NCBI GenBank assembly: GCA_951406725.2
Contig: OX597821.1
Coordinates: forward strand, 40,796,001 to 40,860,000
DNA length: 64,000 nt
Source: Octopus vulgaris
Lineage: Eukaryota
Direction of reading: 5' to 3'
A program made the translations under genes and the position numbers. The notes beneath the pieces are model-generated. The model saw only the letters and a list, made by a program, of their open reading frames with translations, made no database searches and was not told where the DNA came from. Below are positions 13,309 through 28,130 of this stretch, piece by piece (the first letter of the stretch is position 1; every line of letters starts with the position of its first letter).

Positions 13309-13769
13309 TTACAATACTTTTATAAGATGAGTCTGAATTTTGCAGTTAGCTCTGAGTTACCTTCCATTGGTATCTGATGCTGATGAGAAGATAACTATTT
13401 TAAAACAAATGCCTTCCATAGTCCAATAGAAGGCGCTCTAAACTCACCATGTTGTTTTTATGCCTTTTTTGCCTACAGTGAAAATATTTATTCATGACAA
13501 ACTGCAAGTAAAAGCCATTTGGGGATTCAAATATCACTCAAATATATTTAAGATTGACACCAAGTTTACATATAAATATATATATACATTTGCATTCATA
13601 CATATATAAATACATGAAAATGTGAGCACACACACACACACACACATATGTATACATACCTACATCTTTTTTCTGAACCACTAGAAAACAACCACATGAC
13701 CTGAAGCTGCCACACCTAAATATACACATCAGTTTACAAATTTCTTTATGTATGAGTGAATTTTGCACC

Positions 13770-14112
13770 ATTCAAGCGTGATTGTTGCCAGGGCTGCTTA
13801 CTGGCTCCCATGCCAGTGGCACATAAAAAAGCACCATTCGAGCCTGATCATTTCCAGTGTCACCTGACTGGCTCCTGTGCAGGTGGCACATAAAAAGCAC
13901 TATTTGAGCATGACCAATGCTAGTACCACCTGACTGGCTCTCATGCCAGTGGCATGTAAAAGCACCCACTACATTCTTGGAGTGGTTAGCAGTAGAAACT
14001 TTGCCAGATCAGACTGAAACCTGGTGCAGCCTTCTGGCTCGCCAGTCCTCAGTCAAACCATCCAACACATGCTAGCATAGAAAGTGGACGTTAAACAACA
14101 ATGATGATGACG
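13770..14112 (+). mobile_element. RTE-related SINE-like repeat, family C, with tandem units of about 62 bp and a (GAT)n tail
   Basis: Three units ..CTGGCTCC.GTGCCAGTGGCAC.TAAAAAGCACC; 3' end GGACGTTAAAC..GATGATGA. Confidence 0.85.
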
Positions 14113-14400
14113 AACATAACCCCAAAGTTAATCAAAAGAAATTTCTCTAAAACACCTCTCCATCACAATCCATCCTACCACCTAATTACCACTCCAACAA
14201 ACCCACATACCTGAGGAAAATCTTTTATCTCAACATAGACTATATACAGCCAAAATTAACTTCAATGCATTGCAGTTTGATAAGGCTTAGCTGGCCAAAA
14301 CTTCGAAGTCACTGTCAATAGTGTTCTTGCTTAAGAATAATGAATTTATACACTACCAAAATATTGATTAACACTTCAGATGAATGTAAATCTTAAATTT
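14113..14400 (+). mobile_element. Penelope-like element 3' terminal (pLTR) fragment
   Basis: Homologous to 33848-34075; carries a hammerhead motif. Confidence 0.7.
14269..14319 (+). ncRNA. type I hammerhead ribozyme motif (U3-A8 core, G12A substitution)
   Basis: CAGT-TTGATAA-GGC TTAGCTG GCC-AAAA-CTTCGAAG-TC-ACTG, with a palindromic stem III. Confidence 0.7.
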
Positions 14401-14420
14401 TTTTTATTATAACTGAACTT

Positions 14421-14633
14421 AAGGTGGTGAGAAGACAGAATCTTTAGCATTCCAGGCAAAATGGTTCACAGCATTTCACTCTTCTTTACATTCTGAGTTC
14501 AAATTCTGCTGAGGTTAACTTTGCCATTATTTTGGGGTCAATAAAATAAGTACCAGTTTAGCGCTGGGGTTGATGTAACTTGCTAACCCCTCTCCCAGAG
14601 TTACTGGTGTTGTGCCAAAATTTGAAACCATTA
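14421..14633 (+). mobile_element. tRNA-derived SINE, family A
   Basis: GGTGGTGAG 5' end, B-box GAGTTCAAATTC and core TAAAATAAGTACCAGTT. Confidence 0.85.
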
Positions 14634-14664
14634 TCACTGGGCATAAAATACATTAATATACATT

Positions 14665-16125
<1,461 letters not shown>

Positions 16126-16756
16126 ATAAAATATCACCACAGACAAGTTTGACAAAATATGGACTAAAGCTATTTCTGTCAAGTCAGCCATCAAATTTAA
16201 GATGATTACTGATTATGGTAAAGATAAAGCACATACATAATGTTCTTACGAGGAATAATGTCCTCGATTCAAGTGCAGTAGACTGGTAGAATCAGTCGAG
16301 TGGCAAACAAATTACTGTGTAGTACTTAGCTAGAAATATTCACATCCGAGGTTCCAGCCCTGTTAAAAACAACTTTGCATTTCAACCATCCAGAATCCAT
16401 AAAGCAAAGTACCATTTAGATCTTGGAATCAATATAATTGATATAATTATCTGTTGACTCCTCCCCATGCCACACTTGAGACATTGTGTCTGAGATAGAG
16501 TTCAATATTACAACAGAACAAATTTTTGGTATTTATTCCACACTAGTTTGACACACTAACCGATTAACTAATTGTTCTATAGGTTAATTATCTAATTGCT
16601 TGGTAATAAAAAGGAAGTGTAACATAACCAGTGCATGTGTTTTGCTAGCAGTATGACGATACCACTGTTACATTATGGGGGAAGAGTTGTGATGTTAATC
16701 TCTCTAAGATCAAATGACATTTGTTGCTTTTACTTGTTTAGTCTTTTCAGGTGAAA

Positions 16757-16973
16757 AAGCAACAAACTGGCAGAAATATTAACGCACCTGGTGAAATGCT
16801 TAGTGGTATTTTGTCTGTCTTTACGTTCTGAGTTCAAATTCCACTGGTGTCGACTTTGCCTTTCATCCTTTAGGGGTCAATAAATTAATTACCAATTGCG
16901 AACTGGGGTCGACCTAATTGATGGGACCCCTCCCTAAAAATTTCTGTCCTTGTGCCTAGAGTAGAAAAGAATA
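16757..16973 (+). mobile_element. tRNA-derived SINE, family A, with perfect 13-bp TSD
   Basis: TTTTCAGGTGAAA occurs at 16744-16756 and 16974-16986; B-box and core are present. Confidence 0.93.
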
Positions 16974-18564
16974 TTTTCAGGTGAAATTTAATCTCTAAGT
17001 TTATTTGTGTAAGATTTTGTATTTTGAAGATCAGAAATTTGAAAGATTATTGAAGTCTATTCACCATGAGGAAATATAAAATTAGAAGTGTGCATAAGTA
17101 TATGTAGGTATCTACCCACATATGAGTGCTGGTGTATGTATGAGTGTGTGTGTGTGCATGTGCACATGTGTGTGTTTGTACTTGTGTGTACACGTCTATA
17201 TGAGTGTGTACATGTGCACATGTGTGTGTGTGAGTGTGTGTGAGTGTGTACGATTGTGTGCATGTGCACATGTGTGTGTCTGTGTGTGTGAATGTGTGTG
17301 TGTGTGTGAGTGTGTGTGTGAGTGTGTACAAGTGTGTGCATGTGCACATGTGTGTGTTTGTGTGTGTGCAAGTGTGCGTGTGCATGTGTGTGTGTTTTTG
17401 AGTTTTTGAGTTTTTGAGTGCTCATGTGTATGTTTTTTATTGGTTTGTGTGCATATGTGTTTAATAATAAATTTGTATGTGTGCATTTGCATATGTTTGT
17501 GTGTGTGTGCATGTGCATGTGTTTGTGTGTGCATATGCACTTCCATATGGCCATAACTGAGTGCTCAAGTATGTATCCCCTTCTCATTCACTTCCACCCT
17601 TCTCCTCACAAGATTTCAGGCCACCATTGTAACTGTGTTCATGCTTGTTTGATGTATTGTCACCATCTTCTTTTCTATCCTTTCTCAACATTCCCATCCA
17701 ACTTTCTGAGCCTTCTCCTTCCTTCATCTTGCCAGCTTGATTTCTCCTCCTCGGACATGACCCATTTTGCTTGTCCCTTCCCATCTCACTTCACCAAATC
17801 AGTTCCTCACCTTTATTTTTTTTGTCTCACGTCCCCATTCACAGAACGGCAAGACATTAAATTCTACACTCCTCACAGAAAATGATCTCAACAAATTTTC
17901 CAAACTTTTTATTGATAGACTTTTCAGGCCACCAGCATTGCATCCAGTTCTGGATTTTACCCTATTTAGATAGAGTGAACATGGCGTCTGTGCAGATAAA
18001 AGCTTCTAAATGTCATAGAACACAAGAATGTGACAGACAATAAACAGTGAAAGTTGAATTGTTGTTACGAGTTTTAATGCTCAACTGTAATGTCAGAATA
18101 GATATTTGAAGAGAAAGAAAAATTGATGGATAGAAAGGTAGAAAGAGAGGGATGGGTATATGGATAGATTGGGGAAAAAAGGTGGAATATTGATAGAAAG
18201 GTTGAAAGTTAGAGAGGAAGGTGGATGTATAGATTGACAGTTAGAGTGGTAGAAAGATAGAATGGTATACATGTAGATAGATAGGTAGATAGATAGATTG
18301 ATTGAAAGATAGAAAGTTAGGCTGACATATTGAGAGAAACAGGAAAATAAAAAAGGGAAATATATTGATAGCTAGATAGATACATTGACAGGTAAAAAGG
18401 TAGAAAGATTTATAGCTATAATGACAGAAATGTAGAGGCAGAGAGAGACAGATTAATGGTAAGGTAAAAAGATAGACTCAAAGATTGATTTAAAAGTAGA
18501 AAGATAGATATATGAATAGGTAGTTAAACTGAAGTGACATACCTAATGTGTGTGTGTGTGTGTG

Positions 18565-18778
18565 TGTGTTTGTGTCTGTGCATTTGTGTTTGTCCCCCTT
18601 GATGACTGATGTTGATGTGTTTACATTACTGTAACTTAGCAGTTCAGCATAAGAGACCAATGGAATAAGTACTAGGCTTACAAAGAATAAGTCCTGGGAT
18701 TGAACTGTTCGACTAGAGGGGTGTGCTCCAGCATGGCCACAGTCAACTGACTGAAACAAATAAAAGAATAAAAGAATA
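18565..18778 (+). mobile_element. SINE family B, 3' half
   Basis: Matches 39065-39262 (AATAAGTACTAGGCTTACAAAGAATAAGTCC..GCTCCAGCATGGCC..CTGAAACAA). Confidence 0.88.
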
Positions 18779-18955
18779 AATATATATATATATATATATA
18801 TACCCAATTCTTATATAGTACTGAGCCTTTGTTGAGCCGACAAAATATCTTCTATGTGGTTGGTTAACCACCTAGAAATAGCAGGCTATTCACCTTCTGG
18901 AAAAAAAGGGAAGGACACATTAGACAATATATTGCTTATTATTTGGCATCATCTG

Positions 18956-19168
18956 AAAGCAGTGAGCCATCAGAATCCTCAGTGCATTGAACAAAATGCT
19001 TTGAATCATTTCTTCTTGTTCTTGGCATTTTGAGTTCAAATTCCATTAAGCTGAGCTTTGCCTTTCAACCTTTTGGAGTCGATGAAATAGGAGTACCAGT
19101 TGAGTGCTGGGGCTGAAGCTCCCTCCTCACATCATTTCAGGCCTTGTGTCCATAATGGAATGGATTAT
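18956..19168 (+). mobile_element. tRNA-derived SINE, family A
   Basis: B-box and core present; imperfect TSD TATTTGGCATCATCT / TATTAGGTGTCATCT. Confidence 0.85.
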
Positions 19169-19174
19169 TAGGTG

Positions 19175-19390
19175 TCATCTATTCTCAGCAAGTTCAATAT
19201 CAAGAATCTCCATTTGGGTCTCTTTTATGCCATTCTTGCACATTCACCACGTGTTAATTAAGTCTAGTCCTTGATGTTCTCAAACTAGTTTGTTCTAGGT
19301 CTTCCTCTCTTTCTCTCAAATATTTGCCATTTAGCTTTCCTTCTAGTAATAGTTTTTGTATACCTTGTACTGTTGTTATGTGCCAATACA
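19175..19390 (-). mobile_element. RTE LINE ORF C-terminal remnant
   Basis: Minus strand encodes WHIT..IQKLLLEGKLNGK..RKRGRPRTN*FENIKD, the RTE C-terminal motif EGK..GKR.RGRP. Confidence 0.75.
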
Positions 19391-19485
19391 TATTGCTAAC
19401 CACCCAATATGCTTTTGAGGACGAGTCTGTGTGAACAATGATATCTTGGGACTAAAGAATTCAAACTGAATCTTTATGCTTTCAG

Positions 19486-19509
19486 AGAAAACAACAGAAG
19501 AATCTGAAA
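19486..19509 (+). other. candidate 24-nt microexon
   Basis: Acceptor TCTTTATGCTTTCAG and donor AAA|GTAAGT; the length preserves frame. Confidence 0.3.
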
Positions 19510-21194
19510 GTAAGTTCAACACTACATCCTCTTAAAGCAGAATTCTTTGCAGTAGCTCCAGCACTTGATACCAACTCCTGCTGTTTCCTTCCAGTTCCTG
19601 CACCGACAGAATGAGGTGGTTATTAATAAATTTTGATGACGTTTCTTGAAAACCCAAATGATCCAAAATAATGAAGATGTTAATATTATCACTGGCAGTA
19701 GGAAATTTAGTGAATAATTAAGTTGATAGGTGTTTTATCATATTAACTTCACCTCGTTAGCAGATTATTAAATTTATGGATTTGGTTATGGAAAGCTTAA
19801 ATTTGCTCCAACTATGTTATTTACAACGCCATATGGTTTTCTTGGTAATATCAGTTACTCAAACAGTTCATATCAAAAATGAAGAGAGTTAAACAGAAAA
19901 TTTCTTCTGTCAAAGATTATTTATTACGTTCGATTACATTTTACAAACAGAAAATTATGGAGAAACAGATGAAAATTGTAATAATGTGAGAGATTTATTC
20001 ATTTTAAGAAATTAATCCGAAATTCAATGAATCTATTATACACCTAATGTGCAAATCTAAAGTTTGAAGAACTGACCTGGTGTTTACCCAAGGGTAGATG
20101 TTGTAGAATTTATTATTCAAATTGATATTTATAATTAGCTTTGTTTGTGTTGTTTAATAACCGAGAAGTAATTGTGAGAGATGAAGAATTGAATTCACTT
20201 TTATTCTGTTTTTAATTTAACACTGTCAATAGCATTATCACGAGAGTCTCATCCTGTAATAAATGTTAAAAGTCTGGCATTAAGGTTGATTAGTTATATG
20301 AATTAGCGTTAACGAGTTCACATTAAAGTTTAAATTATGTCATCTTTGGGACTTTTATGGTATGAAAGATGACAATAAAATAAAAAGATGTTCTTTGGAA
20401 TATTTTTCTCTCTAAGAAAGATTAAATTTAAACTAAAATCACAGAGAACACACAGATATGTCTCAGAAATGATATTTTCATTGTTAATTTAATTCTTATT
20501 ACTTTGTTGGTGTTTCTTGAGCAAATTATTTGTATTTAGTTTTATTTCACCTTTAGTAAACAAAAAGTAAGATTTAAAGAAATACCCATCATCATCATCA
20601 CAACTTTCCCTTTTCCATGCTATCATGGGTCAGATGGAATTTGTTGTGGTAGATTTTCTATGAATGGATGTCCTGGGTCTACCCCTTCCACGGGTTTCCT
20701 CCACAGTTAGAGATTGAGTTCACTCCAGCCCTTGTGAGTGGCTTTGATTTTTAGGCAGATTTGTGTGTGTGTGGTGTGTGTGTGTGTGTGTGTGTGTGCA
20801 TACATGCATGTGTATATGCATGTATAACCAAATGCAGTGAATTATCACAGACATCAGAATGGTGAGTAAAATGCTTGCAACATTTGCTTTGGCCCTATAT
20901 TCACCATGTTCCAACGCTGTATTTGCTCCTTCCAGCATTGATAACTAAATTCTCTGTCCAGAAGGGTGGATCTCTGGAATTGTTTGGGCATTACACAAGA
21001 TGGGAAGACAGAAATTTTAACAGAACCAGTCGTTTAGTTTCATGGTGGTTGGTGACTAAACCAGCTCCCCCACTTGAGTAGCATGTAAAAAGGGTGTGTG
21101 GACCAAAATCAGGACCTGTTTAAGGGCAGATGAGCTCTGTGTGGGCCCATGGCCATCCAGTAGAGGAAGACAATGGCAAACCACCCTAGTATCT

Positions 21195-21596
21195 ATTTCT
21201 TTACAAACCACAAGGGGCTAAAGACAGAGAGGACAAACAAGGATAGACAAAGGGATTAAGTCGATTACATTGACCCCAGTGCGTAACTGGTACTTAATTT
21301 ATCAACCCCGAAAGGATGAAAGGCAAAGTCAACCTCTGTGGAATTTGAACTCAGAACATAACGGCAGACAAAATACCTATTTCTTTACTACCCACAAGGG
21401 GCTAAACACAGAGAGGACAAACAAAGACAGACAAATGGATTAAGTCGATTGCATCGACCCCAGTGCATAATTGGTACTTATTTAATCGAGTCCAAAAGGA
21501 TGAAAGGCAAAGTCGACCTCGGCAGAATTTGAACTCAGACGAAATACGGCTATGCATTTTGCCCAGCATGCTAACATTTCTGCCAGCTCACCACCT
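21195..21596 (-). mobile_element. head-to-tail dimer of family A SINE inserted in an RTE/BovA-like repeat
   Basis: Two copies (21195-21376 truncated, 21376-21596) lie between the repeat AACCACCCTARTATCT at 21179-21194 and 21599-21614. The host reads AATGGCAAACCACCCTAGTATCT. Confidence 0.9.
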
Positions 21597-21734
21597 TCAA
21601 CCACCCTAATATCTCTTACAAGAAAACATTATGACAAAGTCGGAATAAAGTAATGCTATTTCTTCATCAGACAGGAGAATTCACACTCAATCGGGAAGAC
21701 TTCCATTGTCATCAACAAAAGCATACAATATCTC

Positions 21735-21953
21735 TTATCTCTTAGTTATTTCAGTCATCAGACTCTGGCCATGCTGGGGCTCTACCTTGAAGAATTTTTT
21801 AGTCAGAATGAATTGACCTCAACACTTCCTTTTTTTCAAAGCCCAGGACTTATTTCATTGGTCTCTTTCATCAAACCCCTAAATTATAGGGATGCAAACA
21901 CACCAACACCATTTGTCAAGCAGTGGGGGGAGACAAACACAAATGCAAACACA

Positions 21954-22016
<63 letters not shown>

Positions 22017-22180
22017 GCACACATACATACAAACAATAGGCTTCTTTCAGTTTCTGTCGACAAGGCTTCAATAGGCCTAAGGCTAGAGTAGAAAATACTT
22101 GCCCAAGATGCCATGCAGAGGGACTGAACCCAGAACCATATGGTTGGGAAGAAAGCTCCTTACCATCCAGTCATGCCTGT
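21735..22180 (-). mobile_element. SINE family B with internal (CA)n
   Basis: Reverse complement of the 38859-39262 type; includes CTTGCCCAAG and GGGACTGAACCC. Confidence 0.88.
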
Positions 22181-23063
22181 GTCTCGGCATAATGACAAGT
22201 CTTTTAGTGCTGCTCAATATATTCTATTACATATCAACTGACAACTCTGGCGGTCTTTGCTGTTTTTGGTTATGATTGTGGTTTTAAGAGGCAATAGTTT
22301 TCCACCTTTCTCATTCTGCTCTGGTGCTTTTTAGATTCCTTCCTCCAAGCCACCAACCTCCTCTTGGCAGTAAATAGGCCATTAGGACACAGTTAACAGA
22401 GATAAGGTTTCAATGTCAGATGAAGTGAGACATCAACTGGAACAACATTGCAGTCACATCAATGCAAAAATGAGCAGACCTTACGCGGAAACTGGATTAA
22501 TGCAAGCACACTACAATATATATATATATATATGTATTATCATACACAAACATACATACATACACATGCACACTCATGTATACACATACACATACGTATC
22601 TAAGTACATGCAAATGTAAAATGTGAATATATAATTAAGATGAACAAATAAAATGCACAAGGCAAAAAAACACCGCTATAATTGGTAAATTACTAATTGG
22701 AGGTTTTCCATGCAACGTTTTCGAAATTCTAGAAACTTGCTGTCAGCTTTGCCAATCATCTGTGTTAATTGTCAGTTAACGAAGATTTTCTTTTCTTTGT
22801 TCTCTCCTGAATAATCACTACCTCATCAATCATAAACGTTATTCGTGCAGTTTTCGTATTACTCTTAGTCAACTGATTTTTCATATTATATTCTGTATAT
22901 TACTAGCTATTTACCTCCCACTCCCCTTCTCTGTCTCTCTCTCTCTGTCTCTCTCTCTTGCTATCACTTTATCAAATTATTCACTTCTCTCTATATATAT
23001 ATTTCATTCTCTTTATTTAAGCTATTAATTTCTCATTCCCTCTACACATTTGCTTATGTACAG

Positions 23064-23105
<42 letters not shown>

Positions 23106-23132
23106 TATACATACATACATACATACATACAT

Positions 23133-23191
<59 letters not shown>

Positions 23192-23233
23192 CATACACAC
23201 ACATATATATATATATGTATATAATATAATTAT

Positions 23234-23280
<47 letters not shown>

Positions 23281-23367
23281 GAGTGTGAGAGACGTTAATA
23301 GTGAGATAAAGAGAGATAAATAATTAAAGATTTATTTCTGTATATATACATTTATATATGTGTGTAT

Positions 23368-23399
<32 letters not shown>

Positions 23400-25422
23400 A
23401 CACCCACACACACATACAAATACACATATGGATACATACAAATATTCATAGTAGCATGATTATTTGTATGGGTTTATATGTATATATACATGCACACATA
23501 CAGATACTTAGGTGTGTGTATAGTAAATGTACACACACATACACACACATATACACATTGATATTCCTCTGTTAGTCTTCTTTATTTTTCATTTTGTCTT
23601 TCCATCTCTACACAAAATTCTATTACATAACTCTTCTTTGCTTTTTCCCTTCATCTCTCCATCAACATGTAGCTCTCTCTCTCTTTCTCCCCACCACCAC
23701 CTCTTTGCTTTCTCTCAAAATTCCAGTTAATCTTCCATTATAAATTTATTTCTTTCTCACTGCTCTCCTTCTTCTTTACTTCTCATATCTCTCACATTCT
23801 CTTCGTCTCCCCTGGTCCTTCTAATTTCCCTTTTCTCTTCTCCGCTATATCTATTACTCTCTCTCTCTTTCCCTCTCTCTCTCCTTTACTATATCTCTTA
23901 CTCTCTATCTCTCTTATTTCTCTCCTCTACTAGATTCCTTCACATCTTACCCTATATTCCGACATTGTGTGTTCCAGGATTTAATAAAAGTGTTTCCTTC
24001 ACAATTACCTAATGGCTAATATTAATATAAAACCATTTTATTTGAAGCTAAGTCTATTACAAATTAAAAATTGATTATTCCATTATGATTCTGCCAAATT
24101 TTCTTAATTATAAATCGGTTTGGAAGGAAACATACGACTTTAATCTAAATGTAATGTTAAATATATCCCTTTCCAATGTCTTTGAGATATTATAATACAA
24201 TTTAATGAGTTTATTTGTTGTTAATTTGGAGCATTGAAACGAGCCTCATCCAGATGCCTCCAAGACAATTCTGTTTCTTCAGATCAGCCATACAAGCAAT
24301 TGATACTTTGCCTTTGGTTAGAAAATGGATTCTTATTACTTGGCGCTTAACTATGGTTTGCTAGTGATATCGCAGAGGAGAAGTGTAAGAAGGTTCTTTG
24401 CATATGGTTGCAAATCTGGTGTTGGAAATGGTGAAGATGCGTGGTCTAGGGGTTAGGGTTGATGTTGGGCTCAGGATGTTTAGTAGGTCAGGAAGTTCCC
24501 ACATTGCTAGTATTGGACACATTGTTTCTGGTTGCCTATCCTCCTCCTCCTCCTCCTCCTCATCATCATCATCGTCATCACCGTCATCATCATCATCATC
24601 AGCAGCAGCAGTGTTGTCATTATCGTCATCATCTTCCTTTAAACAGTTTGACAGGATCCAACATGTCAAAGAACTGCATCATGCTCCAATGTTCTGCATT
24701 TGGCTAGGTTTCTACAGCTGAATGCCTTTCCTGACACCAACCACTTTACAGAGTGAACTGGGTGCATTTTTCTTTTTTTGTGTGTGTCTCTTGCACTACT
24801 GAGGCCATCATGCAATTTGGAAGACTTACGGACCCCAGGGGAGCAACTTTATGCTGGCAGATGGGGGTCTGAAGGTTGCTGAAAGTAGGAGAGAAATGGG
24901 GTCAGGAGAACAGGTTTGTTGCTAATCATATTTTAGAAGAGTGTGTTGGAGTGCAACGAGGGGGGGGAGAAACAGAGAATGAAGGTGGGTAGGCTTCAGG
25001 TATGTGTGGTGGAAGAGAGAGGTAGGTGTAGTGCATGAAGAGGGTGAGAGACGTATAGTGGGGGATTGAAGAGAGAATAGTTATTGACTGAGGGGTGGTG
25101 ATTAATGAAAGCGGGGAGAGAGAGAAGAGTATTAAATGATGCAGGTTGGATAACGACTTTATTAATTTTGATGGATGTGATTCAACATTTAGGAGTTGAG
25201 GAAATATCTCAGATCCTCTCTTTTGGCTTCTTTATGCTAAGTTCAGTCCTCAGATAAAATGATATGTTGTGCCTTAGGTTCAATTCCCAGGCCAGGCAGT
25301 GTGTTCTTCATTTGATGTGGCTTTAGTCCACCCTGCAGGAATTATGTACCAGGCATCACTGAGAGACTAAATCCTGCAAGAGATCCCATCAACAGATCTT
25401 GTACTCACAGTATTTAAACACC

Positions 25423-25499
25423 ACAAAAACTGGGACCAACCCTAGCCAAAAGGGTTTGACAAAAACTGGGACCAACCCTAGCCAAAAGGGTTTGACAAA
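25423..25499. repeat. perfect 36-bp tandem duplication
   Basis: ACAAAAACTGGGACCAACCCTAGCCAAAAGGGTTTG occurs twice, followed by ACAAA. Confidence 0.97.
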
Positions 25500-25928
25500 C
25501 TTAATACAGACTTTCGTTTCTTTAATGGCTGAAAATAAAGGTTTGGTGAAATGAGATGCTGAGAATAAAGGGTTTGATCCAAGATTACAACCGGGATTCT
25601 TTACACATAACATGCACGCAGACAAACCCCCATGCATTCCCATACACAGACAGATTCATACTAACATACTCTGGCACCCCATCATACTCAAGTAACCAGT
25701 CATACTCAGGTTCCCAGTCATACTCAAGTACCCAGTTGTACTCTAGTGCTGGGGTGGTTAACTTCTTTTACCTAGTTGAGTCATGGAAGGAACACTGATA
25801 TATTTGCCTCAAAACTGAGATATTGTTGTTGCTGTTGCAGCTGATGCCATTCAACCCTAAGTTAGCTCTGAGTAAGCCACCTTATAATTTGGGGCATTTC
25901 AGCTGTGAATATTCTGTCTGGTCCCTTT

Positions 25929-26150
25929 AAGGCAGTGAGCTGGCAGAACTGTTAGCACACAGGACAAAATACTTAATGACATTTCATCCATCCTTTTGTT
26001 CTGAGTTCAAATCCTGCTGGGGTCACCTTTGCCATTCATCTTATTGAGGTCCATAACATAAGTACCAGTTGAACACTGGAGTTGATGAAACCAACTTACA
26101 CCACCCCCTTCTCCAGATTGCTGATCTTGTGCCAAAATTTGAAACCAAGA
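25929..26150 (+). mobile_element. tRNA-derived SINE, family A
   Basis: GGCAGTGAGCTGGCAGAACTGTTAGC 5' end, B-box GAGTTCAAATCC and core. Confidence 0.88.
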
Positions 26151-26549
26151 TTCTGGATTCATATGTTATCTTCGCATTTTGAAAATGTAGGGTTTGATTT
26201 GAGAGACATTTGGCTGCTATTTCTAGGCAGATCAGTACCACATATTAATTCAAAATTCAAAATAAGTATTAAATTTTTGAAATATCATGATCTAGAATAA
26301 GAGAAAAACCAGAGCATTATGGTACTTTTGAAAATATTCACAGCAAAAGAACCCTTGTCAATGCAGAAATATTTTTAGTTTGCAACTACCATTTTGAAAT
26401 GAAAATATTTTATAATTTTAAAATGCTTTTTACTCAAAGTGCTAATTGTACATTTAAAAGCTAATTAAGTGGAATTAATTACATTAAATGTCTGTTTCTA
26501 ATTTATCACACACACACACATACACACACACACACCTTTTAATTATGTG

Positions 26550-26758
26550 ATAAACTCTTAAAAAATCTTCTTGGGCAACAGAAAATTCTCAACAATGATA
26601 TGAGTATAATATATCAGTAATATATATCAGTAATATATATCAGTATTAAATATCAGTAATAAATATCAGTAATATATATCAGTAATATATATCAGTAATA
26701 AACACTTAAAAAATCTTCCTGGGCAACAGAAAATTCTCAACAATGATATCAGTATAAT
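26550..26758. repeat. 61-bp direct repeats enclosing a 13-bp minisatellite
   Basis: 26550-26610 matches 26698-26758; about 7 AATATATATCAGT units lie between them. Confidence 0.93.
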
Positions 26759-27834
26759 CCCTGGAGTTGTTCTTATTTGACGAACAGAGACGAACTTCAT
26801 ATTGCTGAGCTTTTAAATATATAGTGTGACTACCTGGGCAAAGTGTGTCCTGCCATAGCTTTTGGCTGGTCATCATCATCATTGTCATCATCATCATCAT
26901 CATTATTTTAATGTCTACTTTTCCATGCTCACATGAGTCAGACAGAATTTTCTGAGGCAGATTATCTATGTTGTTGTGCTTTTCCTGTTGCCAACATGTT
27001 TGGAAGTAAGGTAATAATTCCTCAAGACCTGGCATGTTTTCATGGAAGATTGGGAATGAAGGACACTGCTTGTATGGCAATGACAATCATTAGCATGTGA
27101 TGTCAAGGTATGCAGATGGTAACACACACACACACATGCATGCACACACACACACACGTACACAGACATGCACATACATACACATGCACATATGCACACA
27201 CACACACATACACATGCACACACAAACACATGCATACACAGACACACACATACACACACATGCACACACGTACACATGCATATATGCATACACACACACA
27301 CATACACATGCACACACAAACACATGCATACACAGACACACACGTACACATGCATGCACACACGTACACATGCACACATGCACACACATACACATGCACA
27401 TACAAACATATGCACACACACATACATGTACACACACATATACATGCACACACATACACATGAGCACATACACATGCACACACACACATACACATGCACA
27501 CACACACACACTCAACTGATGCAAGGCAAATTCGACCTCAGTAGAATTTGAACTCCCGACGTAAAAACTAATGAAGTGTCACAAAGTCTTTTGCCATCTC
27601 ACTGTCCTCATTGGCTGAATTATTGGAATGGCATTGGTATTTGTTCTGGCATTTTTCATTCTGCATTTTCATGTCTTAATCTGGCAACCAGTTTCAATAC
27701 ACCACTACTTGCTCCTTTCGTGACTTGAGCAGAGTTCTCTCTGCTGCAAGCATTTAGTCTTGGTTCCCAGTTTGGTTTTTCAGGTGCTCCTGCCCTTCCA
27801 TCAATCCCAGATGCTTTGATAAAATTAAGAGTCA

Positions 27835-28130
27835 TGGACATTTCCTTTCTCTCCCCAACTGACCTGGCAACCCATTGTTTACAGCGACAACGGTTCCAGG
27901 TGATCTGATCAATGGAACAGCCAGCTCGTGAAATTAATGTGCAAGTAGCTGAGCACTCCACAGACACATGTACCCTTAACATAATTGTCAGGAAAATTCA
28001 ACAGAACACAGACTGTGATAAGGCTGGCCCTTTGAATAACACATACAACTCGTCTTTGTCAGTTGAGTGGACTGAATCAATGTGAAATAAAGTGTCTTGC
28101 TCAAGGACTCAACATACTGCTGGCAGCCAC
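27835..28130 (-). mobile_element. SINE-like repeat, family D (CCTTGAGCAAGACACTTTATTTCAC box)
   Basis: Shares the V/CORE-like box with 34165-34395. Confidence 0.65.

Noticed and set aside
13770-13970. CRISPR-like array
   Set aside because: The units are homologous over their full length with no unique spacers, there are no cas genes, and the context is eukaryotic.
21630-21680. Minus-strand CTGATGA hammerhead candidate
   Set aside because: There is no GAAA after the putative stem II, and it lies in an RTE-like host repeat.
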